A program made the translations under genes and the position numbers. A stretch of DNA of 63,533 bases, the filler included, from Reticulomyxa filosa (taxonomy: Eukaryota > Protista > Foraminifera), in NCBI GenBank assembly GCA_000512085.1. It is 19 parts of 19 records of this genome, joined end to end, with 100 filler letters (N's around TTAATTAATTAA, not from the genome) between each part and the next. Parts side by side here need not be neighbours in the genome. Positions count along the whole stretch, not along the records: positions 10,208 to 12,136 come from ASPP01022868.1; positions 12,237 to 17,246 come from ASPP01005932.1; positions 17,347 to 18,659 come from ASPP01024124.1; positions 18,760 to 20,676 come from ASPP01018324.1; positions 20,777 to 22,156 come from ASPP01042618.1; positions 22,257 to 23,750 come from ASPP01019520.1; positions 23,851 to 25,395 come from ASPP01011058.1; 12 more parts are not named here. The stretch is one strand, 5' to 3'. Below, one piece after another: positions 11,557-24,935 of this stretch. Within the stretch, counting starts at the first letter, position 1. Every line of letters begins with the position of its first letter. The notes under the pieces are model-generated. The model was given only the letters and a program-made list of their open reading frames with translations, did not search any database and had not been told where the DNA came from.

Positions 11557-12136
11557 TCAAAAAAAGAAGAAGAGATCCAAATCATTATTCATTATTGGAT
11601 TCGAACATTAAACATTAAATTAGGATGGATCAAAGATTTTGACAAATTCGTTGTCAATTATGTTAGTTCATTTGTTCTTTCTTTTTTTAAATACTAATCA
11701 AAATATTCAACGTTTATTTAACATAGGCTTATACTATCTTCATGTTTGACACATTTCGTTCATCATCCAAATTAATCGATACATTCACTGGACATACTAG
11801 CATGGTGTATAGTATTGATTATTCAACATTTGATGATTATCAATTCATTTGTTCTGGATCAGATGATACAACAGTTCGTCTATGGGATGTTGATAACAAC
11901 AAACAAATTAAATCATTCAATAAACATTTATATGAAGTGGATTGTGTGAAATTTTCATCATATCATTATTATAATCATCGTCAATATGTCATTTGTTCTT
12001 CATCATGGGACAAAACCATTCGTTTTTGGGAGTTCAAACATGATTGTCAATTACAAATATTCAAAGGACACACTAGGATGTTTGTGGTATTGAATTTTCA
12101 TCATTTAATGGTGGTAGATATTTATGTTCTGGATCA
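11557..12136 (+). CDS. WD40-repeat protein of an expanded family (3'-partial, possibly pseudogene)
   Basis: Exon EEEIQIIIHYWIRTLNIKLGWIKDFDKFVVNY, intron, then FTGHTSMVYSIDYS..ICSGSDDTTVRLWD, ICSSSWDKTIRFW. Frameshift near 12078. Confidence 0.85.
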
Positions 12137-12426
12137 NNNNNNNNNNNNNNNNNNNNNNNNNNNNNNNNNNNNNNNNNNNNTTAATTAATTAANNNNNNNN
12201 NNNNNNNNNNNNNNNNNNNNNNNNNNNNNNNNNNNNTTTTTTTTTTTTTTTTTTTTTTATAAAAAAAAAAAAAAAAAAATTAAACAAATAATAAATTATA
12301 TATGTATATACATATATCATTTATTATTTGTTTAATCTTTTTTTAATTTTTTTTTTTTTTTTTTTTAACAAATCGTCGGTTCGATTGAAATAAGGTTACA
12401 GATATCCCTCAGTCGTTTATGTAAAC

Positions 12427-13625
12427 ATGACGATCAGTTTGATGAGCTTGACGTATTCGTCCTTGTTTTCGACGTTTGGTATATACGTGCTGGCAAAGTC
12501 GGTGGAGTCGACAAAGGACCATTGGGACCAACTCGACGTCGGCGTGCTATTTGCACTTATGTTGACGGTGTATTACGCCGGGTCGTTTCTATGGCCTTGC
12601 GTTTCGATGTACATCGGCAACCTGAAATGCATAAACGTAGGCGCATGGATCGCCATCTGCGGCGCATTGCTCATGTCGGTAAGCGACGAGAATGTTCTTA
12701 GTGGGCTGGTCAATCTGGAATCCCTCCATTGTTGGTATTACTTATGCATTGGCATCGCACTGCTCGGTCTCGGGATGAGTAGTATGTATCACACGAGCAT
12801 CGAATACCTAATCCATTGTGTCGAGCCCATCTTCACTTTCGACACCGCCGAGGTGGTGTATTTGCAGTTGTTTCCGCAGTCCATTCGAATCGGACAGTGT
12901 GTGGGAGTGCTCGGCGCCAGCTTGGCCATGCACTTGGGAGTGGCATTTGCATGGCTCATGATCTCGCTTGCCGCCATTTATTTCCTGGGTGTCAGTGTCA
13001 TTGGAGTGATGTCTATGTGGTGCTTATGTCAGCATCAAGAGGACACTGCGAGATATCTGCCAATCATTTTCGACGATTACAGTTGCAAGATTTGCAACTG
13101 TTACTTCAATCCTTGTCTTTGCTGCCACTGCTGCTGTTGCGATAGTGGCAATGAGGAGTCAGATTTGCAATCACAACATGTTGTCTCCACATACCAAACC
13201 ATTGACAACAGAAATGATGTCCTCCCCAATTCCAATATACAGTCGCAAGTCACCAGCAGCAAGTCAGCTGCAAAGGCCTCACATCATCATCATCATCAAA
13301 ATCATCATCGCAAGCACTTTGGAAAACATCGTGATGTTGAAGGTCGCAATGGCAGTCACAACAACGGTCGTCATAAGAGTAACGGCAAAAATCATGCCAA
13401 TGATTGTAATAATGATAATAATAATAATAATAATAGTAATCATCACAATAATAATAATCACAATAACAACAACAACAATAACAATAGTGCTAATAATCAA
13501 AACGAAAATGATGATGAGGACGAGGATGATGAAGACATTCTAATACCCAGGGAAAAACTTGAAAGTCTTTTGCCGAAGGAAAACGACAGTCCGAAAAAAC
13601 TCTTTCCAGTTGTCATGGCTGTGGT

Positions 13626-13656
<31 letters not shown>

Positions 13657-13929
13657 AACAAAACGAATGAGGAACTCATCAAAACTCTATCGCTCACAGG
13701 GGGGGCCACTCATACCATGGCCACAAGTCTCACCAACAATCAAACTTTACCCTCCGCTGCTTCCAATACTGTCAATCCTAATGATGACAGACAAAAAAAA
13801 ACTGCCAATACCTTGTCCCCCATGGACAATAGGGACAGAAACAAACAAGAAGCCAACCCACACACACCTGTATTGTTCGATTTCAGGGATTGCAATTCGC
13901 AAAGCTCTGATGCTGATGTTAGTTCATGA
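12427..13929 (+). CDS. Membrane protein: about 6 TM helices (MFS/POT-like half) plus long poly-Asn/His cytosolic tail
   Basis: Six hydrophobic segments in the first 200 aa, with YLCIGIALLGLGM and SIRIGQCVG recalling degenerate POT-family motifs. Then a Cys cluster (CLCCHCCCC) and a low-complexity tail. Confidence 0.55.
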
Positions 13930-14566
13930 GGAATAATTGCCTCGTCTAATGGTTTTTCATTTTTAATCTTGATAGTTACTTTTTTATGTTTGATCGGCAC
14001 AAAAGCAAACATAGTTTGCTTTTCTTTTTTTTTTTTTGAGAAGAAATGAAGCCTTTTACAATCGGCTTGGAGTCACAAGTTTTGTAACATGCTCCCAGCA
14101 TAATTCCTTCATTCAGAAAAAAGGAGCCACTTAAAGAAATTACACTCTTTGTCTCTTTCGCAACTTCAGGCAGTGTTGTATTTTTTCAGCTTGTCCAAAG
14201 CGAGTCTTCTACCTTGTTAAATGTCCACACCTAAGTGATTCATAAAATAGATTTTAGGTTTAAGAACAAAAAATTAAAGTCAACAACATAACCACAGCTG
14301 TATCGCTTTTTATAACATGATCAACAAATTTTGCAGTGTTTTTTTCTCTTGATAAAATTTTGCTTGGATTATAAAAAAAACCTCATAAGTTACTCCTCTT
14401 TTTTTTTTTAGATTCACTCTTGTTAGTTTCGTTGTATTTTTTGTTTTTGTCATTGAAAGTGTTCCGGCAACGCCATTTGCTACTGCCGTCGAAAGACAGA
14501 AACTTTATTCCAACATGTTTTCTCGTTTCCCAAAATTTTCCTTTTCCAACACTGCATACCGACAAG

Positions 14567-16202
14567 ATGCTATTGACGACGCGAGTACGTTTTCTATATA
14601 CACCTATATTTCCGTAAACAGGAATATGTTTTGTGTGATACAGTCTCTCAAATTACAGCGCTTGGAAAAGGCCCTATTCCAAGTAATGAAAGCAATATTG
14701 CACCACATATCGACACGATTTTGGCGCTAATGAGACGCTTTGCAAACAGTCACCATGTCCAAAGAGTTGCATGCCACTCATTGTCAAACCTGGCGATGCA
14801 AGTGAACGCAGCAGACCTGATAATCCAAAAAGTAATTACTTTTGTTTTGTTTTTTAAACGGTTTTTTTTTTTAATGATTGTTACCTTCGTTTTTGTTTAC
14901 TTGCAAATGAATACGTACACATAAATAAAAATGTATACGTTTGCAGGGAGGATTTCAATCGATAAAGAAAGCCATGACCAACTTTCACAATGACCACAAA
15001 GTATGTTGGTTGGCATCCAGCGCGGTTTGGAATTTGGCCCGACCTCCAGCAAACCGCGCATTAATCGGAAGTGAAGGCGTGCATCTAATGCTTCAGGCCA
15101 TTTACGAACACAGATACCGAGAAAAAGTGGTGAACACCGCCATTGGCTCACTGTCGAACCTGAGTCTGCAATCAGATTTGAAAGATATAATTGGACAATC
15201 GGAAAATGTGGATATCCTCATTGCCGTTATGTCGCAATTCACAATGCAAAAATCCGTGTCAGTAATGACTAGCGGCGCAAGTCTCCTTGCAAACATTGCC
15301 GTCTCGGGTTTGTCTTTGGCAAAAACGTTTTTTTGTTTTTTTTTTTTTTTTTAACGTTTTAAAAAAAAAAAATTATAAAAAATAATTATTGTTTGTTTAT
15401 TTGTTTTTTGATCACATTTAGACCAACACGCTGCAACTTTACTGAAAAAAAGGTGTGTTGAAAATTTTAATGACTTTATTGACGTGGCAGGTTACTGATG
15501 ACGAAACAATCTTTCGAAATACCTGCGCTGCTTTGAACAACTTGGTAAGTGGAACACTACTTTGAAAGACAAAATTGTAAAACAAAAAGTGTGAGGGCTG
15601 CTCGAAGAATGTTTTTTCCCTCTTTTTTTTTTTCGGAAAATATAAATGTAATTGGCTATGTTTGGATTGAATAGGTAAGTGCGGACGGATTCTTGGAACA
15701 CTTTTTGCAAGCACGCGGAATCGAATGTGTTTTTGAGTTTTTTGGGCACAATAGCAACGACTTGTACTCAAGTTTGCTCGAAAATTGCTTGGTGAGTGTG
15801 GACGCTAATTCGACTACAAAAACAACCTCTTTGCATTTGGCATGTTTCCATGGCAAATTGAATGTGCTGAAATATCTGTATTCTCAAAACCCTGATTTTG
15901 ATTTAAGTGGCGTAGACGACAATCGAATGACCTTGTTGGATTATGCCATATCTCAACATCAGACTGAAATTGTTCGCTTTTTAAGCCGCTGTGGTGCCAC
16001 GCAGCATAGTCGAAATGCAAGCGAAATCGACGATGAGCTCAAATCTGCTATGTATGATGGCAAGATGGTATTGGACAACGTCAAATTAAAAGTACAAGTT
16101 GCTGTCAGTGAAGTCTTATCCGAGTTTCCAATGGACTTGTGCAAGTATATGTTGAAGTTTCAACATAACCTTGATTTGTTGGAGAGTGTATCGTCATACT
16201 GA
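14567..16202 (+). CDS. Armadillo-repeat + ankyrin-repeat protein (5 exons)
   Basis: ARM repeats (VQRVACHSLSNLA, ASSAVWNLA, AIGSLSNLS, TCAALNNL), then ankyrin repeats (TSLHLACFHGKLNVLKYL, TLLDYAISQHQTEIVRFL). GT-AG introns join the ORFs. One A-run frameshift near 15450. Confidence 0.85.
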
Positions 16203-16668
16203 CAAATAATGTCGTGACGACATTTTGTAATCAAATTCAATGTGCTCCATTTCGAATTTCTTTTAGGGTGGGTTTCTTCTTGCGTGTTGTTGATTATGTC
16301 GTTTTTAGAGGTAAATTTTAGGTATTGACAAATGTCCTTATTGAAACAAAAAATTTCTTTTTAAGCGAAAATAATAATTTTTGTAATTTCGAACCCGCGC
16401 CACTTTTTAAAAAATTTAGTACTATTTTTGTTTGCAAGCAACATTCCGTTGGCGAAAGCATTTTTCCTTAAAAAAAGAGAAAAGGGGTACCTATAGTTGA
16501 AGTTCTGTGATTGTGATATATCTCTTGAAATTGCTGTCTAATTCTGTTCATGCTATGTCTGCAGAAGAATTTGAAAAGCCTTATGTATCCAAGAGTTTAA
16601 GATGAAACAACTCTGCTCCCTTATCATTTTTTCCTCTTGGGAGGGAGGGGTAACCCGCGACATCGCGA

Positions 16669-17246
16669 ATGGAGAAAAAGACAAAAATAAAAAATAAAAA
16701 AAAAATAAAAGGTGTGTGGTATCAACTGATCGAAAAGAGAATAGATAGAGAATGGGTACGCATAGTATCAGATTTGGTGACAACATATCCCTTACAAAAG
16801 CATATGCAAATCAGGCACATAAAAACGGAAGAAGCGTTATCAGAGTTGAAAGCAATGGCGACACAAATGAAGCCATTGATGTCTCCAGCACTGCACGAGC
16901 AGTTATCAGAGACAGACTTGGAACGAATAACAGACCCACTGTTGAGCCATTTGAGTATAGTGTTGGGACGTAATGTGGTGGAAATCCTGTTGAATTTAGT
17001 GGAGCAAACGGAGGAGCAAATTCAGCATTGGTCGCACCGGTACAGTCTCTACCAAAAGTCGCAGACATGGTTGTTGCAAGCGCGCAGCAAAAAAAAAGCA
17101 TCAAGTTACCGTTATGGCCAGCACCTGACGTTGAATCCGTATCTTCGCGACGGACAAGCGGCAGCAACAGCGATTGACACCCAAGTCCAAACCGAGGTCG
17201 AAGCGGAAGTAGGAGTTGCGACAGAGGTAGAAGAAGAAGAAGAAGA
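16669..17246 (+). CDS. Hypothetical protein (3'-partial, acidic end)
   Basis: Long ORF with coding-like composition running into a GAA repeat at the contig end. Confidence 0.5.
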
Positions 17247-17346
17247 NNNNNNNNNNNNNNNNNNNNNNNNNNNNNNNNNNNNNNNNNNNNTTAATTAATT
17301 AANNNNNNNNNNNNNNNNNNNNNNNNNNNNNNNNNNNNNNNNNNNN

Positions 17347-18612
17347 ATTATTATTATTATTATTATTATTATTATCCTTGTCTTGAATTAAAGCAGACGA
17401 CGAATTTTTCTTTTTGAGTGAAAAGAAAGTAGAGTTTTTGTTGGAGTGGGAAGAAGCGCGCTCTTTGGTGCCGCCTAATTTCATGAGCTTTTGTTTGACT
17501 CTGGAGAAGGTGGACCTTTTTTTATTAGATTGACTAGTCAAAGGGACAAAGCTCTGGTGCTGCTGTCTCGGCACGGGATGGTTTTTCTGCAGCAGTCCAT
17601 TGCCGGCATAACTCATCGTCATCGTGCGCGTCGTTTTGGCGTGCAAAGTAAGCGAAGAGCCTCCACCGCCGCCGCGATAGTCGCGTCGGTTGGCACGGAC
17701 TGTGTGGCGATGATCATGGGTCTGGGCGGTGGGTTTTGGGGCAGCCTTTGTCGTAACAACTGCTGCTTCCAGTCCTTTGCAATTATGTCTACGCGCGAAA
17801 ACCCATGTGGAGAGTGCTCCTCGTCTCGCTCTTGCAGTAACTGCACTGTGCGCGATCTGTCACGTGGGGACACGTCGTCTTTCTGTTCGCTCCGAGGGGC
17901 AGTTGCACGTAAGCAATTATTGCGAATTTCCTTTTCCATGTCACCGACCAAAAAAAAAATTTATATATTTGAGCAAGCAAGCAATAATTAATTACTTTTT
18001 TTTTTTTTTAATAAAAAAAAAAAAGTATACCCCCTTTTCTCCCCCTTTTTTTTTTTTTTAAAAAAAAATAAAAAAATTCGACAGACCATTTGCTGTGGTG
18101 TGAGATACAATTGCGTGAGAAGGGTGTATTCGTTCCTTCCTTTTTCGAACAACTCCTTCAAAGCCTGGCAGTCAATGACCGGCAAATGATAGAATGCGTT
18201 TTGGCGGTTGTTAGCCTTGGCTTTTGGGGGCCTTTGCGAGGCAGATATACGGTGAGGAGAGAACGAGGAGACGGAGGTGGTCGAAATCGAGAACGATAGC
18301 GGAGGTAGAGAGATGGGCTTGCTGAAAGCCAAAGATAGACGCTTGGAAAAAGGCAATGGCGAGGAGGTCCCCTTTGTCATCGTCTCGGCCTCCTTGATTG
18401 AGGTCGGAGATTGTGGATTGCTTGTGGTTGGAGACATTACACCTGATGATACATCAGAACGCTTGTCCTCGTCTTGATTGGTCCTAATCTCTTTCTCCTT
18501 TTTTATTGCTTCTTCGTCTTCTTCTTCTTCTTCTTCTTCTTCTTCTTGTTCTTCTTCCTCTTCTTGTTCTGCGTGCATTTCCACGAGCTCTGCTTCTGCT
18601 TCGGTGTCTTCT

Positions 18613-18653
<41 letters not shown>

Positions 18654-18659
18654 TTCTTC
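17347..18659 (-). CDS. Hypothetical low-complexity protein (internal fragment with one intron)
   Basis: Poly-Glu ORF 17988-18584, poly-T/A intron at about 17960-18087, continuation in ORFs 17619-17951 and 17299-17646. Confidence 0.5.
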
Positions 18660-18759
18660 NNNNNNNNNNNNNNNNNNNNNNNNNNNNNNNNNNNNNNNNN
18701 NNNTTAATTAATTAANNNNNNNNNNNNNNNNNNNNNNNNNNNNNNNNNNNNNNNNNNNN

Positions 18760-20676
18760 TCATTATCATTATCATTATCATTATCATTATCATCATCTTC
18801 TTCTTCTTCTTCTTCTTCTTCTTCTGCAAACTCATCCTCTTTCAACAGCTCAATATGACTTGTTCCTCGCAGACGAGAAGCGAAAGGACTAAATATTATT
18901 CTTTTCTTTTCTCGTGGATTGACTTTTGATTGATTACTATCTTTCATGCCATTGGCATTGTCATTATTGTCATTGTGATTATTGTCATTGCCATTGTCAT
19001 TGAACAGATTAGTACTCAGTGTGTCAGGTGACGGATATGAAGTCGGACTTTGCAAGGTCACATTGTCCTGTTGCATCTGCAGCTGATGCATTTGGAATCG
19101 AAGAATCGACTGCAACTGCAAGGCCCGCATTGCGACATCCGCCGTCGGAAATCGCACATGCTTGCTTTGATTTTTTCGACGGAAGGACCTGGTCTCTGCC
19201 TCATTGGAAACACCCCACAATTGGAGCGAGTGACCGTTGATTAGAATATGATGGTCCGTCGAATGGGCCTTTGTTACTGTTATGTCTCCCTTGTCATTTG
19301 CAATGTTTTCAATCTGTCCATTGCCATTCCTCTCATTGTTATTATTATTATTATTACTATTATTTTGTTCATTTGTTTTGTCGATATGTAAATCTACTTC
19401 AGTGGTTTTGGCCAACAAATCAGGGGCCATTTTTTCATTTTCGGCAAAGGAATCGCTATGCGACTCGATGCTGGCTTGTCTTGCAATTTGTCCAATGGCA
19501 GCCCCGCCCAATCCCGTCAAATGTTTCATTTGATGATATTGATGCATGAGTTCCTCTTCGTCGTTTGTTTTCTTCTCACTGTCTTCCTCTTCCTCCTTCT
19601 CATCTCCTTCTCCTTCTTCTTCTTCTTCTTCTTCTTCTTCTGTCTTGCTCTTCGAGTTTTCTGTCCTCACCGCTGCGCTGTTATAATTGGCTAATCGTGG
19701 AGCTGCCGGCAATTCCTTTTGCTGTTTCAGCTGATCTAATAACTGTCGCTTTTCTTCAATTCGATCATCATCTTCTCTCTTTTTTTTTTTTTTTTTTTGA
19801 AAAAGAGAAATGAATGATTACAAATGTACATCTTTAAAGTATACGTATGACGTATATATTAACAATGGCGTATAAGTAGTTGACTTCAAACTCTTCCAAA
19901 GCGACAGCAGCTTTGATGGGGATTTTGAAGCGTTCAGCGCCGGTCCAGTCAAAAGAGAGGATATTTCGATAGACTTGTCGAACGTCTTCGGCAAACATGC
20001 CCGGAGTTTGGTACTCCTCGCTTGCAGCTTTTCTTTGACAATGCCCAAGTGTTCGGGGTCTTTGTAATGCTGTTTCCATTTCGGGATTTTCAACACATTG
20101 ACAGGCAGTGGTGAGACATGTAATAGCATCTCGGGTCGCGCATCATCTTGTCCAACACGTTGCCCAGCTCCGCCTTCAACTCCAGCGACATCACTTTGCG
20201 AGGAGGCGGAGGAGGGCCCGTCACAACTCCACTAAAAAAATTGTCGTCACTATGCTCGCTACTGAACGACAATGAATCTTTGCGTTCTTTTTTCGTCTTT
20301 GCATTCGCATAGACGGAAAGGTCTTTCGTTTCATTTGCGTCCACTATTCGATTGCCATCACCACTTGCATATGTCGTCGTCATTGTATTGTTTGCATCAT
20401 TATCATTGGTCGTTGCTGTTGCTGTGATTGTTGCTGACTCATCAAATTTTTTCTCTGTCTTTTCTTCTTTATTATCTTTACTTGTTGTATCCATCATAGT
20501 GGAAGTGGGATGATATCGTTCATTGTCGTATTCGATGGGACGTGTGATCGATGGAATGTTCGGCACGTCCGACACATCGCAGTCAATCAATGAAGTGCTC
20601 GCCATGCGATCGAACGGCTGCATCGCTATCGCACCTGCGTCGACGGCATTGCTCGCGAGTGCATTCATTGTCGTTT
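18760..20676 (-). CDS. Bromodomain-containing low-complexity protein (internal fragment)
   Basis: Joining three frames gives ELGNVLDKMMRDPRCYYMS-PLPVNVLKIPKWKQHYKDPEHLGIVKEKLQ-EEYQTPGMFAEDVRQVYRNILSFD, which follows the bromodomain consensus. Two single-base shifts (~20112, ~20020). Intron at about 19772-19850. Confidence 0.7.
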
Positions 20677-20776
20677 NNNNNNNNNNNNNNNNNNNNNNNN
20701 NNNNNNNNNNNNNNNNNNNNTTAATTAATTAANNNNNNNNNNNNNNNNNNNNNNNNNNNNNNNNNNNNNNNNNNNN

Positions 20777-20819
<43 letters not shown>

Positions 20820-20879
20820 TATAAGCTATAAACATAACTTTTGATTTGTATACATATATACATATATGTATATAATAGC

Positions 20880-22093
20880 AACAAAAAAAGACGGGAGGAA
20901 CGGGAGTTGTAGGAGTGGGATCGGGAACAGGGCCAGGAGCAATAGGAGGAGGGGGAACGGGAACAGGGGGAGCCGGAGGGGGCCTTGGCACTCGCATGTC
21001 AAATATGTTCCGCAAGAAAGAAAGCACAGCGAATGTGGCGAACATGTCCAACTCCAATATAACAACGGCGACGACAGGGACAACGGCGATGACGACAAAT
21101 GGACCTCCGAAGAACCCTCCGAATTTGCCCAAAGCCAACCCCACGATGTCGAAAAACACGAGTGAAGAGTATTCCCGCTCCTCCAGCACCACGGTAAAGA
21201 ACCAGCCTTCACGCTCGCCCCGACCCACCATCGCGGAAGAGGCCACGGACGATCAAGCGATTATCAAAAACGGAAAGTACGACAAGCACGGCTGGATGTA
21301 CTCGAACAAGTTCACCGCGGATTCGTTTTCGTGGAAGTCCACCGATGCCCCGACGTCCAAGCAAATCTATCGCCGAAGAATTTGGGCAAGAGCTGCTATT
21401 TGGCAGCCCAAAACGCCTCATCGACGAGCAAAGCCACAACAAGGTTCTTACATACTTTGCATTAAAAAAAAAAAAAGAAAAAATATATATATATGTATAT
21501 AAGAGAAACTAAATAAATATATGTATATATATATTATATATAATATATATATACATATATTTATTTACTTTTTTTTTTTTTTTTATGCAAACATTAACAG
21601 AATCAAGCAACGAAAAGACAATAGTAAACAGCGCAGAATACTTTATGGCCGAGCTATTGAGTGCGTTAATATGGCATGTACACTTGATGAGCCATGAAAA
21701 CCTAGTGAAAATGCTTCCAGAGGAAGTGAATATGGCCAGCATGGACAAGGAGACACTTGGGAAGTCGAGTGCGAACAAAGAGTTGAAAGAAGGCAAGCAT
21801 GTGGAGTACCGAAGAAGAAACGACGAGGCGACGGAGGTGGCCAGTAAAAAGAAGGAAACGTATGGTTCCAAGCTCGTGGGGATGACCAAGTCGTTGGTGG
21901 GCGCTCCTTTTCGAAGCGCGTCCAAGCCAGCCGCTGACAAGACCCCGAAGCTGGATGTGACGTTTGAGAGGGTCAACGATGTCTTTTTTTTCGACGATTT
22001 CAACTTTCGCTCCTCCAGGTTGGCTCAGCTGTTTTCTGCTTTGAAGGGATTGGACTTTCGTTATGAGTCATTTGAGTATAATCCTTTTGCAGG
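20880..22093 (+). CDS. Fragment containing a DysF (dysferlin/peroxin) C-terminal motif
   Basis: YDKHGWMYSNKF...SW......IYRRRIWAR matches the D.eGW.Y...F...W...vRRRrW.R pattern. Intron at about 21444-21600. Confidence 0.55.
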
Positions 22094-22120
22094 TTAATTT
22101 TTTTTTTTTTTTTCTATCCC

Positions 22121-22156
<36 letters not shown>

Positions 22157-22256
22157 NNNNNNNNNNNNNNNNNNNNNNNNNNNNNNNNNNNNNNNNNNNN
22201 TTAATTAATTAANNNNNNNNNNNNNNNNNNNNNNNNNNNNNNNNNNNNNNNNNNNN

Positions 22257-23620
22257 AAGGCCCAATAAACAACTTTGGCGGTACCCTTTTTCATTAGATG
22301 TGGTGCGGCAACTTGGAAGGTGGCCACATTGGCAAGCAGTTTACCACATTCGAGCAAGACACTGCTGGAGTGGGTATGAAACTCCATGCCCAACAAGATT
22401 TGAACCGAAACGTTTCTGGCGACATACACCGCGTTTTGTTCTTGTCCGGCGCAGCAATTGGTGAGTACTTTGACAATTACGACGAACAGCTCGCTGTTCT
22501 TTATCACTGCGTTTTCATTCACCGGAATCACATTGCGCAGCCAGTTTTTATTGGCCAGTGGCGTGGAGTTTCCTGTCTGGGTCTTGTTGCTACGTGTATT
22601 GGTGGGGACCGTCCTGCTGCGCAAGTTGCCCAAAGTCTTGCTGCGCGTTTTCAATAGCGGTTCGTGCATTTGCAACGGCGTTATGTTTACAGGTTGCGTG
22701 CTTTGTCTTCGGTTGACACGTGTGATCACAACTTTTCTTGTTTCCGATTTCGTGTTTGCTTGTTCTTTTTCTTTCAGCATTTTAAAAAAAAAAATTGTTA
22801 TTATTATTTTTTTTTTTTTTTTTATTGAAATTTCAAGAAGGAGAGAGAGGAGAGGAGGGGAACAAAAAAAAAAACCATCGTCAAAGACATTCTTTGGCGA
22901 GTAATCGTCACCAATATCATCATTTTCATTTTCATTCTCATTCTCATTCTCATTCTCATCACACGGATTGAAAATGGTGGAGTACTGAATTTGCTTTTCG
23001 CGCAACATTTGGGAAAACAAGGCGTCGGACATTTCTCCACCCCTTTCCAAATACTTGCCCAAAAAAGATACAATGCTGCATTGAAATGCGACCTGTGCGC
23101 ACTGCGGATCTGCAATCAGTCGCACCAAGGCCTCGCAACAGTTGAGCATGACGCGATGGTTTTTATAGTACTCTGTCATCATGTCGTGGATTTTGACACA
23201 GATGTCGGACTTGGTGACCAAATGGTAGCACACGGCTTTATTGATGCACATGAGCTTCAGCAACTGCAATGCCAGGACGACCAACTCCGGGTCAAAATAC
23301 ATCGTCGCAAATATGCGCAGGATGGCAATGTCGCCCTTCAATTTCAACACGCGATCCACATTCGACGTTATGTAAAGCAAATTGCCGAGACATTGCAGCA
23401 CGGCTTTTTGTATCTCAATCGAGTCGACATACGTGTTCATCAAATTCAGCAGCAGCGAAAAGATCCCTTTCTTTAACAATTGGTTGTTGATCGTCTCATC
23501 TTCCGCGGAAGAGATGTTCGACAACACATTGCAAATCAATAGCAACACTTTTTCATTTTCGTTGTGGTTTGAACAGAGGGAAGACGACTTCCAATATTTG
23601 TTCTTTCACCAATTTTGCGA
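22257..23620 (-). CDS. Armadillo/HEAT-repeat protein (internal fragment)
   Basis: ICNVLSNIS, IQKAVLQCLGNL, MLNCCEALVRL and ECGKLLANVA ARM-like helices. Poly-A/T intron at about 22782-22875. Confidence 0.7.
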
Positions 23621-23850
23621 CATTTTCTGATTTTCCAAAAAACAGTGTCATCAAACACATACCATATATGCATATATATATATACATATATGTACATATA
23701 TATATGTATATATTGCATGTGCGCATGTACAATTGAAGTCAAACCTTCAANNNNNNNNNNNNNNNNNNNNNNNNNNNNNNNNNNNNNNNNNNNNTTAATT
23801 AATTAANNNNNNNNNNNNNNNNNNNNNNNNNNNNNNNNNNNNNNNNNNNN

Positions 23851-24935
23851 TATATATATATGTATATGTGTATAACTCTTTGTTTTTGCTTGCCATGTTC
23901 GGCGCAGTAGACTCGACACTGGTGTTCGCAATCGTAATAATAAGACAATTTATTCTTTTGTGCTGGTGTCAAGGTGACGTTGGGATCAAAACGAATTTTC
24001 TGTTTTTCCTTGCACTCGTTGCAAATAAGCAAGCTCAGTTCATCGCTTTCCCACGACTTTTCATCAATGTTCCATTTTCGCAACTGCTCGTGATCGCTCC
24101 GCAGAGCCGACACTTCGCACTTGCGCATCAATTGGCCACATCGACATACCAAAAAGTTGGGTCGCAAGTCGATTGAAAAGTAAGCTGCAAACTGCACTGG
24201 GAGGTCCATCAATCGCAAGTAGTTCATTACCGCATTGAACAGCTCTGGCGTGATTGCCGTCAGCAAAAACGTATGCGGACTCAATGGCACCAACACTTCC
24301 TTCTCGAAACATATCATTCCATCTATATCGCATTTACTCTTTAATGTTCCTCCTGCAACTTCTCCATTTGTTGCTTGCTGACTTAGTCTTTCCCAAAACT
24401 CTTCATCTGTCCCTGGATTATTTTCCGACAATTGACTAATTATATATATCCCTCTTGGACATTCTGGATTCAATTTCCTCTTCGGCACCTATTCACAGTG
24501 CAAAAAAAAAGGGGAAACATTTTTTTTTTTTTTTGCTTACTTCCCTCCTCCTCTCTCTCTCTCTCGCTCATTAAAACATACGTATGTCTTGTGATATGAC
24601 CACCAATGCGATTTCGTGATAAATGCTCTGAATAGAGGACCTCTTTCCTCGGCCACGCTTTTGTTGGCATAAAAAAATTGCCTGTGCGCTTTTCGAAATT
24701 GATTCGTTGGTGCTGATTCTAACACACGGGTCAATACATCTCCCGATTCATCCACGTTCTCAATATGCCCGTCCGTATCTCCAGCTGCATGAATTACGTC
24801 CCATCCTCCAAGGCTTGCTACACTTTCGTTTCTTTGCTTCCTTGGCGAAGAAAAAACGAGCTCTTTCGAAAATTCTACAAAAGATACTTTGTCATTACCG
24901 AATGGAGAGTCCACTTTCAATTGCCTGCCAGTCAT
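23851..24935 (-). CDS. Hypothetical protein with C-terminal Cys/His zinc-binding motifs (3'-partial)
   Basis: ORFs 24537-24935 and 23799-24488 separated by an intron-like tract. CRCG...CNEC...CEHQCRVYCAEH. Confidence 0.5.

Noticed and set aside
18474-18715. Poly-Phe/Ser/Leu ORFs, and similar antisense ORFs such as 46773-47609 and 13279-13709
   Set aside because: They are shadows of trinucleotide repeats coding poly-Glu/Gln/Asn on the opposite strand.
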